64,000 nucleotides of DNA, taken from positions 6,224 to 70,223 of the forward strand of contig CAZGJX010000002.1 of the NCBI GenBank assembly GCA_964525635.1, given 5' to 3'. Under the pieces are notes generated by a model, which made no database searches, had not been told where the DNA came from, and worked only from the letters and a program-made list of their open reading frames with translations. Source of the stretch: an uncultured archaeon. GTDB lineage: Archaea > Asgardarchaeota > Lokiarchaeia > Sigyniarchaeales > SOKP01. This document shows, piece by piece, positions 1-10,726 of this stretch; positions within the stretch are counted from its first letter, which is position 1, and the number at the start of each line of letters is the position of its first letter. The position numbers were made by a program, and so were the translations under genes.

Positions 1-925
1 TTATATGAATAAACTTTGCATTTGGAAATAATTTATATAAGAATTTTAATTCCAAAATATTATTCGGAGTTTTTTCACACCAAATCTTTTTTTTCTCTTC
101 ATGTAGCTTTTTAAGAAATAATGATTCAACTAGATTTCTACATAAACTTAAGTATTCTTCTTCATGGAACTTTTTTGGAATTATGATTTTATTTTTATTA
201 TAATTACATAATGTTCTTATATAGGAGAATAATCTTTTAATATCATGATAACAATCATTTATCCTATATTTATATGGTCTTTTATAAAATAAAATACTCT
301 TGTATAATGTATGAAATAGAAAAAACTTATATTTTTTTTTTAATCTTAATCTTTTTATTAATACTGTAAAGTCTTTTTCTAAATATTCCTTATATTCTGG
401 AAAATATCGTAAAAATAGAATTTTAAGAATTCTAATTTTAATATGGGATACTTTTAAAAATAAGCTAATAAAATAGGCAATTATACTGTGAATGGGATGA
501 TATTCAGATCTAATTGAAGATATAGTATAATAGTTTCTGCTATAAGCTATATCATAATATAGACTTTTAATAAAATCTGACATTATTGTTGTATAGAATT
601 TTTTACCATAGAAATTTCGAATATCTCCTCTATTTGGATAAGTCTTTGATGATATTTTATCAACTAACATTTTTTTTGAAAACCGATAAATAGCAATATC
701 TGCTTTATTTGGATGGTATGAATAACATAAATGGGTTGCTAAATCCTTTAATCCATCACATTCTATTATAAAACGTGTTTCTTGGGGAATTGAATAGATT
801 TCTGGATGTTTTCCTAACAATTCTCTTAGAATTGTAGTCCCACTCTGTCCAGAACCTCCTAAAAAAATTTTTAAACTTATTTCATTCAAATTAGATTCAA
901 ACACCCTTTCTTGGGAGATTTTCAA
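1..925 (-). CDS. sulfotransferase family protein (partial: 3' end runs off the window; start uncertain, TTG 925 or GTG 904)
   Basis: Own minus-strand translation; it is absent from the ORF track because it has no ATG. ...LKIFLGGSGQSGTTILRELLGKHPEIYSIPQETRF... carries the GxxxSGTT PAPS 5'-phosphosulfate-binding loop. ...IWCEKTPNNILELKFLYKLFPNAKFIHI is typical of this family. The frame is still open at position 1. Confidence 0.65.
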   Translation of the reverse strand, partial: MKISQERVFESNLNEISLKIFLGGSGQSGTTILRELLGKHPEIYSIPQETRFIIECDGLKDLATHLCYSYHPNKADIAIYRFSKKMLVDKISSKTYPNRGDIRNFYGKKFYTTIMSDFIKSLYYDIAYSRNYYTISSIRSEYHPIHSIIAYFISLFLKVSHIKIRILKILFLRYFPEYKEYLEKDFTVLIKRLRLKKKYKFFLFHTLYKSILFYKRPYKYRINDCYHDIKRLFSYIRTLCNYNKNKIIIPKKFHEEEYLSLCRNLVESLFLKKLHEEKKKIWCEKTPNNILELKFLYKLFPNAKFIHI

Positions 926-932
926 TTTTAAT

Positions 933-1985
933 TTATTTCTCGATGATATTAACTATTCTTTTCATAATTATATTCCAATTATAATTTTTAACAACAAAAT
1001 TCATCCCTTTATAAGCTATATTTTCTCTTAAATCTTTGTTTTTCAAATAATATTCAATTTTATTTAGCAATTCTTTTTTTGTATTAAACCAATCTAAATG
1101 TTCTTTTTTTTTAAAGAATAATTCTAAATCTTTGCAATATTCCGTTAATAGAAATGAACCTGTACCCATTGCTTGAAAAACTCTAATAGAAAAACCATAT
1201 TTACCTTTTGTAAAATTTAAAATGATTCTCGAACTTCTATATAAATTAACTAATGTATCTAAATAAACTGGAGCAAGGTTCCAATCCTTACCAAAAGTAG
1301 TTGCGGAAATTCCATTATTCTTCAAATATTTAATATATATTTCACGTTTTATCGTTTTAGTTCCTATGAAAATCACGTCAATTTCTTTTTTTCGTTTTTT
1401 AGGATAAAATTTCTTAATATCCAAACCTTGAGTAATAAAATAACTATTTTTTTGCTTTCTTTTAAATAAACTGTAAATTGTAGAAAATGTAGCGCTTGAA
1501 TAATTACACAATGAAGAATATTTTTCAGCATTGAATTCAATAGCAACATTCAAAGGATCCATGAAAAAATACCAAGTCTTTCCGTATTTATTGATTTTTG
1601 GGATAAGCTTATAATTTATTCTATCTGATTTTGAAAGAAAAATTAGATCATATTTTTTTTTTTTTACTTCATTAATTAACTGTTTATTTACTTTCCATCT
1701 TCCATAAAGATAATATCTTTCAAATTCAGATAAAATTCTAAAAAATGAGATTTTATTTCTATATTTTTGATTTAGTTTTGATATTTTTTTAAAAAAAGTA
1801 GAGCAATAATTATTTATTGAAGATTTATAATGGCTATTTTTAATATTATTATTTTTTGCATTATTATTCTGTTTATATCGAAAATCAAAACATACAACTT
1901 TATGCCCTAAATTCTTTAATTCGTGAACCATTGGAATATTTGTTGACCATTTGTTATGAAATACTCCAACAAATAAAATCTTCAT
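933..1985 (-). CDS. glycosyltransferase, CgeB-like (GT1-type C-terminal domain)
   Basis: 350 aa. The C-terminal half GFSIRVFQAMGTGSFLLTEYCKDLELFFKKKEHLDWFNTKKELLNKIEYYLKN resembles the CgeB/Glyco_trans_1_2 family. It sits in a glycan gene context. Confidence 0.6.
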   Translation of the reverse strand: MKILFVGVFHNKWSTNIPMVHELKNLGHKVVCFDFRYKQNNNAKNNNIKNSHYKSSINNYCSTFFKKISKLNQKYRNKISFFRILSEFERYYLYGRWKVNKQLINEVKKKKYDLIFLSKSDRINYKLIPKINKYGKTWYFFMDPLNVAIEFNAEKYSSLCNYSSATFSTIYSLFKRKQKNSYFITQGLDIKKFYPKKRKKEIDVIFIGTKTIKREIYIKYLKNNGISATTFGKDWNLAPVYLDTLVNLYRSSRIILNFTKGKYGFSIRVFQAMGTGSFLLTEYCKDLELFFKKKEHLDWFNTKKELLNKIEYYLKNKDLRENIAYKGMNFVVKNYNWNIIMKRIVNIIEK

Positions 1986-2272
1986 TATTCTTCTTTATAA
2001 TCATATATTATATTCTGTTGATAATGTAAGATTGCTAAAAAAATTTTTTTATTATTTAATACATCAAAATTTTATAAACTTATATTTCATGGAAATTTAT
2101 TCAATTCCCATGTATTTCTTTTCTTATAGTAGATAATATATTCTTGATTCCTTTGATTTTAAATATATTATAAAAAAATTATAAGTATTATCAAATATTT
2201 TGTTAACTAATCTTATTACATTTGATTAAATTTATATATTCATTCTAAAATTGAACTTAGCTAAAAAATAAT

Positions 2273-3133
2273 ATGATGATAAAGCAAAATATTTTTAAAA
2301 ATCTATCCCAAACGAGTTTTTTTTTAAAAATGAGAAGGATTTTTTCAAAAACCTATGCTATCTCTGAAAAGAATATAAAAATGCAATTAAGGTTTAAATA
2401 CAGCTTAATAGTTGGTTATATAACTCCAATTTTATCTATATTAATGCCATTTTTTATATTCGGAAAACTTTTTGAAAATAGTATTGATATAGATCCATGG
2501 AATGCACATAACGCTCCTATATTTATACTTATTAGTTATAATATCTTGCTTATGCGTCGTATGGTAGTTAATATTCCTTCAAGGTTGAATGAAGAAAAAT
2601 TTTGGAAAACTATAACTGCTTTAATTGTAGCTCCATTTAATAGGTTTTATTTATTAATTGGTTATTTTATATCTGAATTTTTTATTATGGTTTTTCCGTT
2701 TGTGATTATATCTGTTATTCTATTTATTTTTTGGCCAATTTCTATAATGACGGCCTTAATTATTATTCTAATGTATATATCTATTGCTTTGATATTTTGT
2801 GGTATAAGTCTAATTGTAGGTGCTTTTGCTCTTACTAATGAAAACATATGGGGCATTTTAAGATTTTCAATATCTTTTATTTTTATAGTTAGTTGTGTAT
2901 CTTATCCTTTTCAAATGTACCCGGGTATAGCTCAAGAAGTTATAAAATATAATCCAATCTACTATATTATCGATATTTTGAGATTAACATGGATAGAGAA
3001 TTCTATCATTGATACTATTACCTTACATCCATTTCATTTTATTGTTTATTTTTCCTCCATTTTTATATTTCCTATTGTGGGAGTATATTTGTTTAATTAT
3101 ATATTTAAAAAATTGGGAATTCAAGGGTATTAA
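2273..3133 (+). CDS. ABC-2 type transporter permease (Wzm/TagG-like)
   Basis: 286 aa with about 6 hydrophobic helices. It lies immediately upstream (5-nt gap) of an ABC ATPase. Confidence 0.7.
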   Translation: MMIKQNIFKNLSQTSFFLKMRRIFSKTYAISEKNIKMQLRFKYSLIVGYITPILSILMPFFIFGKLFENSIDIDPWNAHNAPIFILISYNILLMRRMVVNIPSRLNEEKFWKTITALIVAPFNRFYLLIGYFISEFFIMVFPFVIISVILFIFWPISIMTALIIILMYISIALIFCGISLIVGAFALTNENIWGILRFSISFIFIVSCVSYPFQMYPGIAQEVIKYNPIYYIIDILRLTWIENSIIDTITLHPFHFIVYFSSIFIFPIVGVYLFNYIFKKLGIQGY

Positions 3134-3138
3134 TTAAT

Positions 3139-4062
3139 ATGGAAGAAAAAAAAAAAATTATAGAAATATTTAACCTATCGAAGACCTATCATTTAAAAAA
3201 AAAAAATAAATTTATATCAGCTTTAGATGATGTCAATTTAAAAATTGCAGAAGGTGAAAAATTTGGGTTATTAGGACCAAATGGAGCAGGAAAAACAACA
3301 ATGGTTAAAATATTAACGACTCTAATTCAACCAACTAAAGGATATGCTATAATTGATGGATATAATATTCTAAAAAAACCCTCACAAGTTAGAAATAAAC
3401 TTGTATTGATGCTTGGAAATGAAATGATTTATTATAGACTTACTGGATATAGTAATCTAAAATTTTTTGCAAAGATATATCAAATATCGAATTATAAAGA
3501 AAAGATATATAATATTACTAAAGACTTTGGAATAGATAAATGGCTTCATGAATATGTAGAAAGATATTCGACAGGGATGAAAGTTAAATTATCATTATGT
3601 AGAACTCTCTTATTAAATCCTAAAATCTTTTTTCTAGATGAACCAACATTAGGTCTTGATGTTAGTACAATTAATTATATAATTGATAAATTAAAAAAAT
3701 TAAATAAAACAATTTTTTTGACAAGTCATAATATGAATGTTGTTGAAAAATTATGTGATAGAATTGCATTTATCAATAAAGGTAAAATCAATGTTATCGG
3801 TGATAAAGAGTATCTTAAAGAACTTCTAACTCAAAAGATTGAAATAACGATTGAAATTACTATAAATAAAAATAATTTAAAAAATGAATTAAATGAAAAA
3901 TCCTTTATTACAAATATAACTGAATATAAAAATGGATTAATTGTTGAGTTAAATAAAAGAATAAATTATCCTGATTTGTTAGCAATTTTAAAAGATTATC
4001 CTATTACAAAAATAAGAGAAACAGAATTGAATATTGAAGATTTATTTCTCAAAATTATATAA
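3139..4062 (+). CDS. ABC transporter ATP-binding protein (ABC-2 exporter ATPase)
   Basis: Walker A GPNGAGKTT, signature-like YSTGMKVKLSL, Walker B IFFLDEPTLGLD, H-loop LTSHNM. Confidence 0.9.
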   Translation: MEEKKKIIEIFNLSKTYHLKKKNKFISALDDVNLKIAEGEKFGLLGPNGAGKTTMVKILTTLIQPTKGYAIIDGYNILKKPSQVRNKLVLMLGNEMIYYRLTGYSNLKFFAKIYQISNYKEKIYNITKDFGIDKWLHEYVERYSTGMKVKLSLCRTLLLNPKIFFLDEPTLGLDVSTINYIIDKLKKLNKTIFLTSHNMNVVEKLCDRIAFINKGKINVIGDKEYLKELLTQKIEITIEITINKNNLKNELNEKSFITNITEYKNGLIVELNKRINYPDLLAILKDYPITKIRETELNIEDLFLKII

Positions 4063-4077
4063 TATAGAAAAAAAAAT

Positions 4078-5334
4078 ATGAATATACTACTTCTCACTTT
4101 TAGTTTTTACCCAGAAAAAGGAGGAATCTCTCACACAATCAACTCAATGTGTAAATTCTTTAATGAAAAAGATCATACCTTCATAGTTTTAAACCCAAAT
4201 TACAATGGAAAAAATATTCATAATCTTCTGATTAGAGATCAAACTCTAAAGAAAGAGATAAAAAAAATCTTTCATAAAAAATTTCTTCTTTCCTTATATA
4301 TTATCATAAAAAATTTGTTTCGAAAAAACAATATTCCTTTATTAGAAAGATTAAATTTAATTTTATATTTATTTCTAAAACCAAAAATATTAATTAGAAC
4401 AGTAGAGAATTTTCAAAAATTCTATCCATTTCTTCAAAAAACAAATTTCAATTTGATTGTTACTGCTGATTGTGGATTCCCACTTGTGTTGGGATTAATC
4501 ATATCAAAAACATTTAACAAAAAAATAGTGTCTTTAGCTCATGGTATTGATTTTCAAATAGAAAATTATTTTTCATTAAAATATTTTTATTTAAAAAACA
4601 CTGATTTTTTTATACTTAGCAATATTTGGTTAAAAAAACTTTTTCAAAAAATATATGATATAAATGACAAGAAAATTGATATAATAAACCGTGGTATGTT
4701 TTTGGAGGATTATTTCATAGAGAAATCCAAAGAAACACTTCGAATTGAAAATAATATTCCTATTGATAAATTTCTCTTGTTAAGTGTTGGTCGACAAAAT
4801 AAAAGAAAAAATTATCAATTAGTTATTAGAGCAATAAGAAAAATTAAAGATATAAGACTAAACTTTAATGGATTATATTATTTAATTGGTGAAGGGGATT
4901 ACACTTCAAATTTGAAGCATTTAGTTATAGAATTAGATCTCTCAGAAGATATAAAATTCTTAGGGATACTTGAAAATAAAAAAAGAAATGAATTCTATAA
5001 AATGTCAGATATATTTTTAATGCCTTCATTAACAGAAAAAAATGACGTTGAGGGATTTGGTATAGTTTTTCTTGAAGCAAATTACTATAAGGTTCCCGTA
5101 ATTGGTTCTACATCTGGAGGTATTGTAGAAGCTATTAAAGATGGAGAGAATGGGATTTTAGTAAATCCACGTAATTTAGATGATATAGTAAATAAAATAT
5201 TATATCTATATGATAATAAAGATCAGAGGATAAAAATGGGGGAGATAGGACATCAAAGAGTTATTAAGGACTATGATTGGACTAATATTGGGAAAAAATA
5301 TGAAAAAACATTTAAAAAAGCAATTAATTTTTAA
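4078..5334 (+). CDS. glycosyltransferase family 4 (GT-B, Glycos_transf_1)
   Basis: E-x7-E region EGFGIVFLEANYYKVPVIGSTSGGIVEAIKDGENGILV; 418 aa. Confidence 0.85.
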   Translation: MNILLLTFSFYPEKGGISHTINSMCKFFNEKDHTFIVLNPNYNGKNIHNLLIRDQTLKKEIKKIFHKKFLLSLYIIIKNLFRKNNIPLLERLNLILYLFLKPKILIRTVENFQKFYPFLQKTNFNLIVTADCGFPLVLGLIISKTFNKKIVSLAHGIDFQIENYFSLKYFYLKNTDFFILSNIWLKKLFQKIYDINDKKIDIINRGMFLEDYFIEKSKETLRIENNIPIDKFLLLSVGRQNKRKNYQLVIRAIRKIKDIRLNFNGLYYLIGEGDYTSNLKHLVIELDLSEDIKFLGILENKKRNEFYKMSDIFLMPSLTEKNDVEGFGIVFLEANYYKVPVIGSTSGGIVEAIKDGENGILVNPRNLDDIVNKILYLYDNKDQRIKMGEIGHQRVIKDYDWTNIGKKYEKTFKKAINF

Positions 5335-5388
5335 TTGATTTGAATTTTATATTATATTAAATTCAAAATTAAAATAATAATAGCAAAG

Positions 5389-6636
5389 ATGTTCACACTC
5401 AATCAAATAATATCTTTTAACCGTATTTTTAACCTGATGTCATCAATATGGTTTATTATTTTTATGATTTTTCTTATAATTATATATCATTTGATTATAT
5501 ACTTAATCAGAGATAAGAAGTATATTATTGATTATAATAGTTATAATGATCCAGATAATGTATCTATTGATGATCTAAATTATCTGCCACTTGTTAATAT
5601 TATTATTCCATCATGGAAAGAGGGACAAAATTTTAAAGTATGTTTAGATTCAATTAAAAACTTATCATATCCTAAATTAAAAGTTATAATAAATGCAGGA
5701 GGAAATGATGAGACGATAAAAATTGCAAACACTTTCAAACAATATGATAATTTTATAATATTACATCAGAAATTTGGAGCAGATAGACCATCTTTAGGTA
5801 AGATAAGAGCAATAAATGAATGTCTTGATTATATTAAAGATGGTTTAATATATTTTATAGATGCAGATGCAATTGTACAAGATGAAACCCTGTTAAGAAT
5901 TATTTATCCAATAGTTAATCAAGAAAAATATGTAGTAGTTTCAGGGAGAAGTTTAACAGATTCACTAAAAGAAAAAGCTCTTTCTAAATATCTAAGATTA
6001 AATCGAAACAGAACATTTCATGGTGATTTTTCAAGAAATGATCATAATATAATCTCTGGTTCGAATACATGTATTAAGTATGAAGTTATTGAGAGAATCA
6101 GTAAGTTCAATGAAGAAAGAGGGATTGCTACAGATAAATCTATGGCACTTGATATTAATAATGTTGGATACAAAATTTATAAATTAACACATCCAAATTC
6201 AAGAATGCTAAACCAGAACATGCCAAGTAATTTTAAAGCATGGAGACGTCAGAGATCTATATGGCAAACAAATGATTTTAAATACATTATTAAATTTAAA
6301 AAAAGAGGAAAATTCCTAAAGTTTTTATTTTTAACTTTTTTGTCTCTTTATTTATTGATTTTTCCTATATTTTTATTTTTTAATATTACCTTATTTCTGT
6401 TTGGATTTTATTTATTAATTTGGATATATTTTCAGAAAATTAGAAAGATTATTTTTTCTCTTAACACAGATGAAAAAGAATCTGGTTTTGATATTAATCT
6501 AATCTTTTATTTTAAAGTATTTTGTTTTATTTTATTAGAACTATATATCAATATAATATTGATATATGATCTTATAGTATATTTTAAAAAAAATAAAAAA
6601 AAAACTGAAAAAGTGATATTTTTTTTCCAATTATAG
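5389..6636 (+). CDS. membrane-embedded glycosyltransferase family 2 (synthase-like architecture)
   Basis: N-terminal TM helix, then a GT-A core (VNIIIPSWKEGQNF, DADA as the DxD motif). WRRQRSIW sits where the Q(Q/R)xRW motif would be, followed by several C-terminal TM helices. Confidence 0.75.
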   Translation: MFTLNQIISFNRIFNLMSSIWFIIFMIFLIIIYHLIIYLIRDKKYIIDYNSYNDPDNVSIDDLNYLPLVNIIIPSWKEGQNFKVCLDSIKNLSYPKLKVIINAGGNDETIKIANTFKQYDNFIILHQKFGADRPSLGKIRAINECLDYIKDGLIYFIDADAIVQDETLLRIIYPIVNQEKYVVVSGRSLTDSLKEKALSKYLRLNRNRTFHGDFSRNDHNIISGSNTCIKYEVIERISKFNEERGIATDKSMALDINNVGYKIYKLTHPNSRMLNQNMPSNFKAWRRQRSIWQTNDFKYIIKFKKRGKFLKFLFLTFLSLYLLIFPIFLFFNITLFLFGFYLLIWIYFQKIRKIIFSLNTDEKESGFDINLIFYFKVFCFILLELYINIILIYDLIVYFKKNKKKTEKVIFFFQL

Positions 6637-6812
6637 ATTCTTCCTTTTCGGATTTCTATTTCGAGATAGAAGCTTTTTATAATAGACTATTATATATTAT
6701 ATTTATCTGTTTTTTTGATAAAGATAAATTTATAAAAAAAAAACAATTTACGAACTCAAGAATTTTTATCATCTAAAAAGATAAGATAGTAAAATGATTT
6801 AATTAAAAATCA

Positions 6813-7592
6813 TTGAGAATTAATATGATAATTTCTCATAAAAATAAGTTTATTTACATAAAAACGAGGAAAACTGCAAGTACTTCTATACAAATTCTTT
6901 TCGCTAGGTTTTGTGGGGATCAAGATATTTTAACTCCAATTATTCATCCGACTACTAAAAAAGGCATCATATATAATAAAATGGCAAGAAATTATAAGAT
7001 ATTAATAAGTAACTTAAAACTTATAAAATATAGTTTTTATTATAGTATTAGGAAGGGTAGAGGACTAAGTTTTATCAAGGATTTTTTAAAAACTATCTTT
7101 AAAAATCCAAAGAAAAATATATATAGATTATTTTTTCAAGGATTTCACACTCATGATTCTGCTGAGAAAATTAAGACCAAAGTAGGGTCCATAATATGGA
7201 ATGATTATTTTAAATTTACTTTTGAAAGAAATCCTTGGGATAAATTAGTATCATATTATTATCATGTGTACTCAAATTCAGATCCTTCTTTTAAGAATTT
7301 TGATACATGGATAAAATCCTTGAAAATGAACCAATATAGACAACCTTATAATTTTCTTTTATATACTTTTAAAAATAGAGTAATTTTAGATTTTATTGGA
7401 AAATATGAGAATTTACATAAGGATTTAAATTTTATTTTAAATAAATTAAACTTACCAATGAAAGAATTACCTAAAGAAAAAACAAATTATAGAAAAGAAA
7501 AGAAATATAAGAAATACTATAGTGATGAATTAAGAGATTTAGTCAATAAAAAATACGCAAAAGAAATAAACCTTTTCAATTTTAAATTTTAA
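6813..7592 (+). CDS. carbohydrate sulfotransferase-like protein (Sulfotransfer_2-type)
   Basis: KNKFIYIKTRKTASTSIQ matches the N-terminal PAPS-binding motif (xPKTGGTS type). FERNPWDKLVSYY matches the RNPWDRLVS motif of this family. The start is more likely ATG 6825 than TTG 6813. Confidence 0.65.
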   Translation: MRINMIISHKNKFIYIKTRKTASTSIQILFARFCGDQDILTPIIHPTTKKGIIYNKMARNYKILISNLKLIKYSFYYSIRKGRGLSFIKDFLKTIFKNPKKNIYRLFFQGFHTHDSAEKIKTKVGSIIWNDYFKFTFERNPWDKLVSYYYHVYSNSDPSFKNFDTWIKSLKMNQYRQPYNFLLYTFKNRVILDFIGKYENLHKDLNFILNKLNLPMKELPKEKTNYRKEKKYKKYYSDELRDLVNKKYAKEINLFNFKF

Positions 7593-7642
7593 AAATTTTA
7601 TACAAATTATTTTTTCAAATCTAAATTCTAATTAAAGGAAAA

Positions 7643-9175
7643 TCATTGATTTTGATTTTTAAAGCAATTAAGAATATTGCCTTTTAAATCTTGATTTATA
7701 GGTAATCCAAAGTAATTTAATATAGTTGGGACAATATCTTTTAGATTTGCGTGGGTTTTCATATTTTCTTTTACATTTTTTCCATGAATCACTAATATAC
7801 CTTCTTCACTATGTTTTCCAATTGCAAAATCAGTATATTTACTAATATCTTGAAGAAATTCTTCTGTATTTTGGTAAAGGCTAGTGAAAGAATATCCTTT
7901 CGTTGGTTTTATTATTAAATCGGGGATTAATTCTGGTTGGTTACCACTATAATAATCATCTTTTTCATATATTTTATCAACAATTCTATTATTATTTTTT
8001 GGATCCTTTATTTGATAGAATTTATTTTTAAGATAATTTATGATTTTTAGTTTTTTTTCTCCTTCAGTTAAGATAAAAATTAATCCATAAAGACTGATTC
8101 CCATAGGATAAACTCTTGATTTTTTCCAATCTATAAAATTATTAAATACTTCTGTTCCTTTTAATTCGTTTCTGTATATTTTTAATTCTAACTTTTTAAA
8201 AACATTGAACAATGATATTTTATCTAATTTAAGTTTTATAATTATTTTTTTTGAAAGTTTTCTTAGAAGAGATTTCCAGAAATTGGTTTTAAATTTTAAT
8301 AAACCCTCTTTATAAAGCCAATCTCCCAATAGAAACTGTTTTTTATGAGATTCACATCCATGATCAGATAGAATTACAGTAAGTAAATCCCCTTTATTAT
8401 TTCTTAAAAATTCCTCTCTTAATGTTTCAATACAAAAATCTAACCATTTATGAAATGTTTTAAAAGCATATGATCTTATTTCAGGATTATATAATATGTT
8501 CTCTTTATCAAAGTATCCCCATAAAACATGTTGAAGTATATCATTAGCCTGAAAATTAACCATTAAGATATCAATTTTATAATTATTTAACAGCCATACG
8601 CATACTTTTGTTCTATCTTTTATATTTTTAATTCTATTTTCAATAAAATCTTTTATGTTGTAATGAGGATTTTTAAATCTCACATCTTCAGAATATTGAA
8701 ATTGATAATCAGGTATTTTATTTAAAATATTCTGCTTCAAGCTTGATGGATATGTAAAATTAGAATTTAAAGAAGGGGTTAATATACCACTAACAATAAA
8801 ACCATTTACTTTTTTTGGAGGATAGGTCATTGGGACATTAACTACCGCAATTTTCTTACCTACTTTGCTCAGAATCTCCCATATAGTATTTTTTAAGAAA
8901 TCAGAGTTAACCATATCTATATTTTTTGTCTTCTTATTAAAACAGTAAAATTCATAGATATGGTCTTCTAAGCAATCTCTCCCTGTTTGTATAGTACCCC
9001 ACGCTGCAGGAGATATTGGTGGTATGGTGGATGCTATCGGACCAAATGTACCATTAGATTTTAGTTTTTTTAAATATGGCATATATCCACTATCAATTAT
9101 ATCATTAAATAGGTCCCACGAGCCACCATCAAGACCTATAACAAGAATTTTTCTATTAAAAATATTCATTTCCAT
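7643..9175 (-). CDS. alkaline-phosphatase superfamily phosphohydrolase/phosphodiesterase (COG3379/Phosphodiest-like)
   Basis: N-terminal metal-ligand motif VIGLDGGSWD, nucleophile region STIPPISPAAWGTIQTG, and later LSDHGC. Confidence 0.75.
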   Translation of the reverse strand: MEMNIFNRKILVIGLDGGSWDLFNDIIDSGYMPYLKKLKSNGTFGPIASTIPPISPAAWGTIQTGRDCLEDHIYEFYCFNKKTKNIDMVNSDFLKNTIWEILSKVGKKIAVVNVPMTYPPKKVNGFIVSGILTPSLNSNFTYPSSLKQNILNKIPDYQFQYSEDVRFKNPHYNIKDFIENRIKNIKDRTKVCVWLLNNYKIDILMVNFQANDILQHVLWGYFDKENILYNPEIRSYAFKTFHKWLDFCIETLREEFLRNNKGDLLTVILSDHGCESHKKQFLLGDWLYKEGLLKFKTNFWKSLLRKLSKKIIIKLKLDKISLFNVFKKLELKIYRNELKGTEVFNNFIDWKKSRVYPMGISLYGLIFILTEGEKKLKIINYLKNKFYQIKDPKNNNRIVDKIYEKDDYYSGNQPELIPDLIIKPTKGYSFTSLYQNTEEFLQDISKYTDFAIGKHSEEGILVIHGKNVKENMKTHANLKDIVPTILNYFGLPINQDLKGNILNCFKNQNQ

Positions 9176-9201
9176 TCTCTAAATTCAACAATATTTTAAA
9201 A

Positions 9202-10506
9202 TTATTTTATAATCTCAAGACACTTACCAGTCATATAAGCAGGTTTTTGAATATTAAACAAATTTAATAAAGTTGGTGCAATATCTTCATAATTAATGCT
9301 ATTAAATTGTTTAGATTTTATATTTTTACCATATGCCATGAATAATCCTTCTTGTGTATGAAGAATTGCATTTCTTCCTTTTGTAATAAACATAGAAGGA
9401 TTATGATTAAACATATATTTTTCATTTAGAACTATGAATAGACTGGGGAAATCTTTTAAATTAGTAGAGATAATCTTTTTTATTTTTTTTTCCTTAAGAA
9501 GTGATTCAATAATTATTTTTTCTTTTTTTTTATCCTCTCCTTTCAAAAATAAACCACCAACATTTGAATTATAACTAAAAGCTTTTGATATCTCTATTTT
9601 ATTTTTATCAGTTTTTTTTTTTTTAGTATTACTTTTCTTTTTTTTTGATATTTTTTGAAATCTTTTTTTAAATAAATATAATTTTTCATAATCTATTTTT
9701 AATATTGGTCTAAAAAAATCATAGATTTTGGAAATAAGACTATATATTTTATGTTGACTTGATTTATTAATGAATATAAGACCTTTTTTTTCCAACCAAC
9801 GAGTCATATTAAAATCATGTTTATAAAATCTTAAACCATGATCACTAAATATAATTAGATTGTCAATTTCACCACTATTAAGAATCTGACCTATAAAATC
9901 ATCTATCTTTTTATATCCTAAATATATATAATTTTGAATTAATGGTTGAGATAGCCTAGTATGATGAGAAATAGAATCCGGCATCCTTACAACATAAGTT
10001 AATAGATTGTAATCTTCATATATTTTTTCTAAAAACAAATCTTTCTTTATTTTAAATGCCTTAAAGATGTCTTTTATTGTTTTTCCATTAATTATCCAAT
10101 TCTCTTTTAATTTGAATTCTAATTCCTTTGGAAAACAACTTATTTTAGGAGATAATAATCCTGTAATCATCTCACCATTAATATTCCACGCAGGATAGGT
10201 TCCTGGAACATTTAATACTAATTGTCTTAAATCCTTGTGTGAGAAAATAGATCTTTCTCTCCAAATAAATGAATTAAAAAGACCTTTTTCTGGATGAGTA
10301 AACCAATAATATCCAAGTTGTTGAGGATTTTGTCCAGAAAACATACAAGGCCAAGATGGAATTGTTATTGGTGGCATTGTAACGCAAAGTTTTGAAGATA
10401 CTCCCTCATTGATTATTTTTTTGAAATTAGGTAATATTTTTTTTTTTAATAGAGGTTTTATGGATTCAAAGCAACCACCATCAATACCTATTATTACATT
10501 TTTAAT
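9202..10506 (-). CDS. alkaline-phosphatase superfamily paralog; probable non-canonical ATT start at 10506
   Basis: The track ORF (9202-10377) starts at MPPITIPSWPCMFSG, in mid-domain. The frame stays open 43 codons further up and encodes IKNVIIGIDGGCFESIKPLLKKKILPNFKK, collinear with the N-terminus of the 7643-9175 paralog. That stretch contains no ATG/GTG/TTG. A GGGGAT motif lies 4 nt before ATT 10506..10504. Confidence 0.65.
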   Translation of the reverse strand: MKNVIIGIDGGCFESIKPLLKKKILPNFKKIINEGVSSKLCVTMPPITIPSWPCMFSGQNPQQLGYYWFTHPEKGLFNSFIWRERSIFSHKDLRQLVLNVPGTYPAWNINGEMITGLLSPKISCFPKELEFKLKENWIINGKTIKDIFKAFKIKKDLFLEKIYEDYNLLTYVVRMPDSISHHTRLSQPLIQNYIYLGYKKIDDFIGQILNSGEIDNLIIFSDHGLRFYKHDFNMTRWLEKKGLIFINKSSQHKIYSLISKIYDFFRPILKIDYEKLYLFKKRFQKISKKKKSNTKKKKTDKNKIEISKAFSYNSNVGGLFLKGEDKKKEKIIIESLLKEKKIKKIISTNLKDFPSLFIVLNEKYMFNHNPSMFITKGRNAILHTQEGLFMAYGKNIKSKQFNSINYEDIAPTLLNLFNIQKPAYMTGKCLEIIK

Positions 10507-10726
10507 TTAAATCCCCTAATCTTTCTTATTATTCTTGATCTATCTTATATTATGGAAATATATCATTTAAATAAAAGTTTTTGTTCTTTTTATTCAAGAT
10601 CATTAATTAAATGTTTATAAAATATTTTATATAAGATTTAGTTAATTTAAAAAGATAAAATCATATAATTGGATCTTTTTCTCTGGAAAATAGATTAAAA
10701 ATCATTATTTTGTATATAATATTATT

